Assembly: GCF_001194135.2 (NCBI RefSeq)
Contig: NC_068983.1
Location: forward strand, 147,337,473 to 147,372,892
Origin: Octopus bimaculoides
Taxonomy: Eukaryota
Reading direction: 5' to 3'
Length of the DNA: 35,420 nt
A model generated the notes under the pieces. It made no database searches. It was not told where the DNA came from and worked only from the letters and a program-made list of their open reading frames with translations. Shown here in pieces: positions 32,769 through 35,420 of this stretch. The position numbers and the translations under genes are program-made. Numbering within the stretch: position 1 is the first letter of the stretch; each line of letters starts with the position of its first letter.

Positions 32769-33425
32769 NNNNNNNNNNNNNNNNNNNNNNNNNNNNNNNN
32801 NNNNNNNNNNNNNNNNNNNNNNNNNNNNNNNNNNNNNNNNNNNNNNNNNNNNNNNNNNNNNNNNNNNNNNNNNNNNNNNNNNNNNNNNNNNNNNNNNNNN
32901 NNNNNNNNNNNNNNNNNNNNNNNNNNNNNNNNNNNNNNNNNNNNNNNNNNNNNNNNNNNNNNNNNNNNNNNNNNNNNNNNNNNNNNNNNNNNNNNNNNNN
33001 NNNNNNNNNNNNNNNNNNNNNNNNNNNNNNNNNNNNNNNNNNNNNNNNNNNNNNNNNNNNNNNNNNNNNNNNNNNNNNNNNNNNNNNNNNNNNNNNNNNN
33101 NNNNNNNNNNNNNNNNNNNNNNNNNNNNNNNNNNNNNNNNNNNNNNNNNNNNNNNNNNNNNNNNNNNNNNNNNNNNNNNNNNNNNNNNNNNNNNNNNNNN
33201 NNNNNNNNNNNNNNNNNNNNNNNNNNNNNNNNNNNNNNNNNNNNNNNNNNNNNNNNNNNNNNNNNNNNNNNNNNNNNNNNNNNNNNNNNNNNNNNNNNNN
33301 NNNNNNNNNNNNNNNNNNNNNNNNNNNNNNNNNNNNNNNNNNNNNNNNNNNNNNNNNNNNNNNNNNNNNNNNNNNNNNNNNNNNNNNNNNNNNNNNNNNN
33401 NNNNNNNNNNNNNNNNNNNNNNNNN
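32769..33425. other. Assembly gap (N)
   Basis: Run of N. Confidence 1.
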
Positions 33426-34229
33426 GTAACGGTTAGTTCTTCGTTGCAGTCGAGGGTCGTCGATTGTAACGGTTGTGTTGTAAAGGTGTTGGTTGCCAGT
33501 ATGCAAGACGGAAGAGGAACAGCAATCGAAGTTTTAAGGAAATATTTATTTACCGTTACTTTGTATAATGTCTTGACTCGACGGGAAGATGTTTGTATCA
33601 TATAAAAACAATAGTTATCTTTTCTTGTATGTTGTTGCTGGTTATGTTTGGTCAACTGCTAGCTGCCCAACTGGGAATTAGAAGAAGATAGAGTGAATGT
33701 TAAATGTAGGGGAGTTGATAAAATGATACCTTCATGGCGCCTGACATTTAAACAGCAGTGGTGTGGTGATAAGACACTGTACCATAGTTGACATTCTCAC
33801 TGGAAGGCCTTTTCTCAGTTGAATTATCTCGCAAACTGGATTTTGCCTGTGGTCGCCTCTTTGTCATCTCCTTTTTGCCAACTAGTTTCTCACTAACTAA
33901 CTTTTTGCTTGGTAATCTTCTGTATATATAATTATCGTAAGATCGCCAGCAATAAAGGCATACCGTTATCTAAACAATGGGTAATTTTGGGAGGTCTATT
34001 GTTCTGTCAATTTAACCCTCCACCCCATACAAAAAGGTCAGCAGAGGTCAAATAGCAAAGACATTTTTCTATGTAGCTAAGGCATCTGACAAATGTAACT
34101 GCTGTCAACTTAATGTTTCTCTATAGGAAAAGTCCGTTGTATTGTTAAGTGAAATTTGGCGATTGAGGATCGAATCCATGCTATTCCTGCATGAAGCTAC
34201 TACACACACTCGATGACCACTACACTTAT

Positions 34230-34400
34230 ATTTTTTTCTCTCTTTGTTTCTTTCCTTGTTTCTTTGTGTGTTCCTTTCTGTTGAAGAGCGTAGGCTCGAA
34301 ACGTTAAATACTTTCTCTATTCCCGAGCGTTATACTAACACATCCATTTGTTGTTTACACCACTTGTCTTCGTCTGTTGTTTTCGTAAATTCTCCCATAT
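34230..34400 (+). mobile_element. Penelope-like terminal repeat fragment with a degenerate hammerhead-like motif
   Basis: CTGTTGA-A-GAGC-GTAG-GCTC-GAAAC-GTT at 34278-34305 in a pyrimidine-rich context; family assignment is inference. Confidence 0.5.
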
Positions 34401-34408
34401 ATATATAA

Positions 34409-34410
<2 letters not shown>

Positions 34411-34494
<84 letters not shown>
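34411..34494 (+). repeat. (GT)n microsatellite
   Basis: Direct reading. Confidence 0.98.
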
Positions 34495-34506
<12 letters not shown>

Positions 34507-34642
34507 CTGTATAAAATACGAACGGGGTGATGCGGATATTTTTGAGATTATCTGAAAAAGTCTTGTATTTCATCACAACTGACCTGCGTTGTAAATAACT
34601 TCACAGGCCCGCTTCATTTCGTTAACAATGACAGATATAAAA

Positions 34643-34860
34643 ATGGTGGCAAACTGGTAGAATAGTTAGAGCGTTGGATACAAGACTTTCTAACGTTTCT
34701 TCCTGCTTTATGTTCTGGCTTCAAGTGCTGCCAAGGTTAACTTTGCCTCAATATTCTTTGGGGTTGATATAAAGTAAATACCACTCGAGCACTGGGATCG
34801 ATGTAATCGACAAGCTGCCTACCTACAAATTTCAAGCCTTGTGCCTATAGTAGAAAGAAC
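34643..34860 (+). mobile_element. SINE family C (diverged)
   Basis: CTGGTAGAAT...GAGCACTGGGATCGATGTAATCGAC...GCCTTGTGCCTATAGTAGAAAG. Confidence 0.7.
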
Positions 34861-35123
34861 TGACAATGAAAACAATATAAAAATCAACTTAGGTAATAAG
34901 CATGATAAAGTAATCACTGAAATAATATTTCTCAAATCAAAGGAGAATATTCATTGTTTAAATTATGTTTAGTATGCTTAAATACATCAGTACTCTAACT
35001 GAAACACTAATTTTTGTTATTTTTTTCAGTGAATCCTTTATAAATGCTTTATGCTTGGATAGTCGCCTCCACCAATAAAATAATTCGTAATGAAACGTAG
35101 CTTTTAGAAGAACTTAAGCAACT

Positions 35124-35420
35124 GTTGTTGTTGGCACTCCGTCGCTTACGACGTCGAGGGTTCCAGTTTATCCGATCAACGGAACAACCTGCTCGTGAAA
35201 TTAACGTGCAAGTGGCTGAGCACTCCACAAACACGTGTACCCTTAACGTAGTTCTCGGGGATATTCAGCGTGACACAGTGTGACAAGGCTGACCCTTTGA
35301 ATAATAGGCACAACAGAAGCAGGAAGAAAGAGTGAGAGAAAGTTGTGGCGAAAGAGTACAGCAGGGTTCGCCACCATCCCCTGCCGGAGCCCCGTGGAGC
35401 TTTAGGTGTTTTTGCTCAAT
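35124..35420 (-). mobile_element. SINE family A, 5' end cut off by the window edge
   Basis: Reverse complement of the 3450 and 11589 copies, with a (CAA)n tail. Confidence 0.9.

Noticed and set aside
32681-33655. Long ORFs of 251-312 aa
   Set aside because: They are mostly X from the N gap
33426-34130. GC-richer unique-looking sequence after the gap
   Set aside because: I could not support any ORF, repeat terminus or RNA structure; left unannotated

Overview
AT-rich, repeat-dense animal genomic DNA with four N gaps. The SINE/LINE landscape suggests an octopus or other coleoid cephalopod (inference). One complete protein-coding gene is present on the + strand: DCAF13 (WDSOF1/Sof1), with 12 coding exons from 1012 to 22617. 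All its introns are GT-AG and the spliced CDS is 1329 nt (442 aa), followed by AATAAA at 22781. The rest is introns and intergenic DNA filled with at least three tRNA-derived SINE families, relics of RTE, CR1, R4/Dong and probable L1/Tx1 LINEs, a mariner relic, two Helentron-associated (HINE-like) elements, a hAT-like MITE and Penelope-like termini. The most unusual items are: (1) a ~650-bp TIR element with SAP and SWIM-type coding remnants nested in a SINE in intron 7; (2) a perfect 36-bp hairpin in intron 10; (3) a degenerate minimal hammerhead motif; (4) a foldback element in intron 2; (5) a minisatellite that begins on the DCAF13 stop codon; (6) an intron position I do not recall in human DCAF13; (7) splice signals for a possible divergent transcript. 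I see no prokaryote-type system (CRISPR, operon) and no clearly new protein system. Repeat family assignments rest on motif recognition, not database searches.
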